Source of the DNA: Candidatus Nanopusillus sp.
GTDB lineage: Archaea > Nanobdellota > Nanobdellia > Nanobdellales > Nanobdellaceae
Assembly (NCBI GenBank): GCA_046533775.1
Contig: JAWDOO010000017.1
Location: 1-5,972, forward strand
DNA: 5,972 nucleotides
Direction: 5' to 3'
The notes beneath the pieces are model-generated. The model was not told where the DNA came from. It did not search any database and saw nothing but the letters and a program-made list of their open reading frames with translations. A program made the translations under genes and the position numbers. This document shows, one piece after another, positions 4,083-5,972 of this stretch (the stretch's first letter is position 1; each line of letters opens with the position of its first letter).

Positions 4083-5972
4083 ATGAGTAATAGGGAATTT
4101 ATAAATGATTTTTCTCAAGAAAAAAAAGAAAAAGAAATTGTTTTAGAACAAAAAAATTATAAAATAAAAAAAGTTATTAAAAGAGATGGAAGAATTGTTG
4201 ACTTTAATCCAGAAAGAATAAAATATGCTGTAGAAAGAGCAATGAAAGCAGTCGGTCAATATGATAAAGAAAAATTGGAGAAAGTTGTTGATTATATAAT
4301 AAAAGTATTAGAGGAAAAATATGATGATACAAAATATCCATCTGTTGAAGAAATTCAAGATATTGTTGAATTATCTTTATTGAAATTTGATTTATATGAT
4401 GTTGCCAAGGCATATATTTCTTATAGGAAAGAAAAAGAAAAAATAAGAGAAGAAAAGAAAAATTTATTGGGTAAATTCTATGAAGAGGAAGTTGCAAAAA
4501 GATTCTCTGTTAATTCAATTAGATTAATGGTAAATAGATATTTATTAAGAAATGAAAATAAAGAATTAATAGAAGGTCCAAAACAAATGTTCGAAAGGGT
4601 TGCAGCATTAATTGTAATACCAGACTTATTATATGATGAAAGAATATATGATAAAGATGGAAAACAAAAAGTACATCCAAAAGAAGAATTTGATTTTGTA
4701 AAAAACGAAAATAAATATGGATTACCAATAAAAGATCCTAAATTTAGATGGAATAGATATCATTTAGAAAGAATGAAATATTTGTATGATTATTTAAATG
4801 AAAGAGGTCATATGAAGGTTTCATGGTCAGAATTTATAAATATGTTAGAAAAAGGAGAATTTGACAAATATTACGAAAACTTTTATCAATATTATGATCT
4901 AATGGTAAGTAAAAGATTTATGCCAAATTCTCCAACATTATTTAACGCCGGTGCTCCTCTAGGACAATTATCTGCATGTTTTGTATTAGATATTGATGAC
5001 AGTATGGAATCTATAATGAAATCAGCAACAGAAGCAGCTTTAATATTTAAATCTGGAGGTGGAATTGGAATAAATTATTCAAAATTAAGACCTGAAGGTG
5101 ATGTTGTTGCATCTACTGGAGGTGTTGCTTCAGGTCCAGTCTCATTTATGAAAATTATAGATACAGTTACAGATGTAGTAAAACAGGGAGGAAAGAGAAG
5201 GGGAGCAAATATGGGAATTTTGGAATCCTGGCATCCAGAAATATTTAAATTTATCCATTTAAAGGAAAAAGAAGGTGTATTAGAAAACTTTAATATATCT
5301 ATAATGTTTGAGCCATCTTTTTGGGAATATTTTGAAAATAAAAAAGAATATCCATTAATTAATCCAAGATTATTAAGGAAATATAATTTGCCTTTACCAG
5401 GAGATCAAAATTTTGATATAAATAAAATACCAAAAGAAACAATTACAGGATATGTAAATCCAGAAAGAATATTACAGGAAGCATCATATGTTGCATGGGA
5501 AAAAGGAGATCCGGGATGTTTATTTATGGATAATATAAATAGAAGAAATGTTCAATATAAATATAGAGGACCAATTAGAACAACAAACCCATGTGTAGTT
5601 GGAGATACAAGAATTTTAACTCCATATGGTCTTTTAAGGGCTGAGACTTTACTTTATTTAAATAATGAAAATGGTAGTGATATAAATAATATAAAACTCT
5701 TAATAGATGGAGAAGGAGAAATTTTGTATACAACAGTTCATGGAAACACATTAAGTATAAGTTCTCCAATATTAGTTGATGCAAAAGTTTGGAAAGTTGG
5801 ATTTAAACCAACTGTTAAATTAATTTTAGAAAATGGAATGGAGATTGAAGTAACTGAAGATCATAAGATACTTACAAAAGATGGATGGATAGAAGCAAAA
5901 TATGCTGAAGGAAAAGAAGTAAAGATAGCAAGAATTGATATTGATAAGTTAGAAAATTATGGATTAAAAGAA
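4083..5972 (+). CDS. nrdJ: Ribonucleoside-diphosphate/triphosphate reductase, class II (adenosylcobalamin-dependent) type, with N-terminal ATP-cone; intein-containing; 3' end beyond the window
   Basis: My own translation gives 630 codons with no stop, from ATG 4083 to the right edge (this frame is not in the ORF track). The motifs found are VIKRDGRIVDFNPERIKYAVERAM (ATP-cone), NRYLLRNENKELIEGPKQMFERVA, FMPNSPTLFNAGAPLGQLSACFVLDIDDSMESI, FKSGGGIGINYSKLRPEGD, TGGVASGPVSFMKIID, KQGGKRRGANMGIL, ENFNIS, AWEKGDPGCLF and TTNP-C. The class II call rests on the TNPC(GE)-type motif, and its GE part is not visible because of the intein. Confidence 0.9.
   Translation, partial: MSNREFINDFSQEKKEKEIVLEQKNYKIKKVIKRDGRIVDFNPERIKYAVERAMKAVGQYDKEKLEKVVDYIIKVLEEKYDDTKYPSVEEIQDIVELSLLKFDLYDVAKAYISYRKEKEKIREEKKNLLGKFYEEEVAKRFSVNSIRLMVNRYLLRNENKELIEGPKQMFERVAALIVIPDLLYDERIYDKDGKQKVHPKEEFDFVKNENKYGLPIKDPKFRWNRYHLERMKYLYDYLNERGHMKVSWSEFINMLEKGEFDKYYENFYQYYDLMVSKRFMPNSPTLFNAGAPLGQLSACFVLDIDDSMESIMKSATEAALIFKSGGGIGINYSKLRPEGDVVASTGGVASGPVSFMKIIDTVTDVVKQGGKRRGANMGILESWHPEIFKFIHLKEKEGVLENFNISIMFEPSFWEYFENKKEYPLINPRLLRKYNLPLPGDQNFDINKIPKETITGYVNPERILQEASYVAWEKGDPGCLFMDNINRRNVQYKYRGPIRTTNPCVVGDTRILTPYGLLRAETLLYLNNENGSDINNIKLLIDGEGEILYTTVHGNTLSISSPILVDAKVWKVGFKPTVKLILENGMEIEVTEDHKILTKDGWIEAKYAEGKEVKIARIDIDKLENYGLKE
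4170..4427 (+). other. ATP-cone allosteric domain of the reductase (approximate bounds)
   Basis: Residues about 30-115 read KVIKRDGRIVDFNPERIKYAVERAM...VEEIQDIVELSLLKFDLYDVAKAYISYR. This matches the ATP-cone pattern (V.KRDG..e.F...Ki...i..a........ie.i.d.ve..L.......a.aYi.YR). Confidence 0.8.
5592..5972 (+). mobile_element. Intein (N-terminal splicing region, 127 residues visible) inserted in nrdJ between TTNP and the expected CGE
   Basis: Extein homology stops at ...GPIRTTNP. The sequence then reads CVVGDTRILTPYGLLRAETL, a classic intein block A (Cys1, GDT). The sequence ENGMEIEVTEDHKILTKDGWIEAKYAEGKEV supplies block B (TxxH, with Thr88 and His91 counted from Cys1). The C-terminal splice junction lies outside the window. 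Confidence 0.8.

Noticed and set aside
4204-4728. Two minus-strand track ORFs (4204..4497 and 4519..4728) in the region where the track shows no plus-strand gene
   Set aside because: The plus strand here encodes the ATP-cone and N-terminal region of the RNR with clear motifs. The minus-strand products are low-complexity L/F/H/Q/I-rich strings.
5575-5784. 69-aa minus-strand ORF spanning the extein/intein junction
   Set aside because: It is antisense to the TTNP/CVVGDT junction and intein block A. It has no motifs and the composition of an antisense artefact.
1-5972. CRISPR arrays, tRNA or split-tRNA halves, rRNA, IS elements, and toxin-antitoxin or defence cassettes
   Set aside because: No regularly spaced direct repeats are present. 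No GC-rich stretch stands out from the AT-rich background outside coding sequence. There are no transposase, integrase, nuclease or ATPase defence signatures. All substantial ORFs have housekeeping assignments.

Overview
This is an extremely AT-rich window (roughly 20-25% G+C by eye) of tightly packed archaeal housekeeping genes in the standard genetic code. On the minus strand are the 5' end of a small hydrophobic protein gene (1..109) and a GatE gene that stops after about 271 aa (141..956). On the plus strand, diverging from gatE, are a Memo-like/AmmeMemoRadiSam protein B gene (1008..1886), an Hsp20 small heat-shock protein gene (1894..2337), a NOG1-family GTPase gene (2367..3320) and a calcineurin-like metallophosphoesterase gene (3328..3951). 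After the only sizeable spacer (131 bp) comes a 630-codon open frame (4083..5972) that is missing from the supplied ORF track because it has no stop in the window. It encodes a class II (B12-type) ribonucleotide reductase with an N-terminal ATP-cone. From 5592 onward this gene is interrupted by an intein placed directly in front of the expected catalytic Cys of the TNPCGE motif. I see no CRISPR array, tRNA or rRNA gene, transposase, toxin-antitoxin pair or defence-like gene, and no GC-rich island that would mark a structural RNA. I therefore do not claim a novel multi-gene system here. The points worth follow-up are the domain-boundary truncation of GatE (a candidate split gene), the RNR intein, one TATA-like element placed symmetrically between two divergent start codons, a recurring spacing of about 26 nt between TATA-like elements and ATGs that suggests leaderless mRNAs, and interleaved inverted repeats over the nrdJ promoter. 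Together these fit a reduced Nanoarchaeota/DPANN-like genome, but that assignment is inference only.
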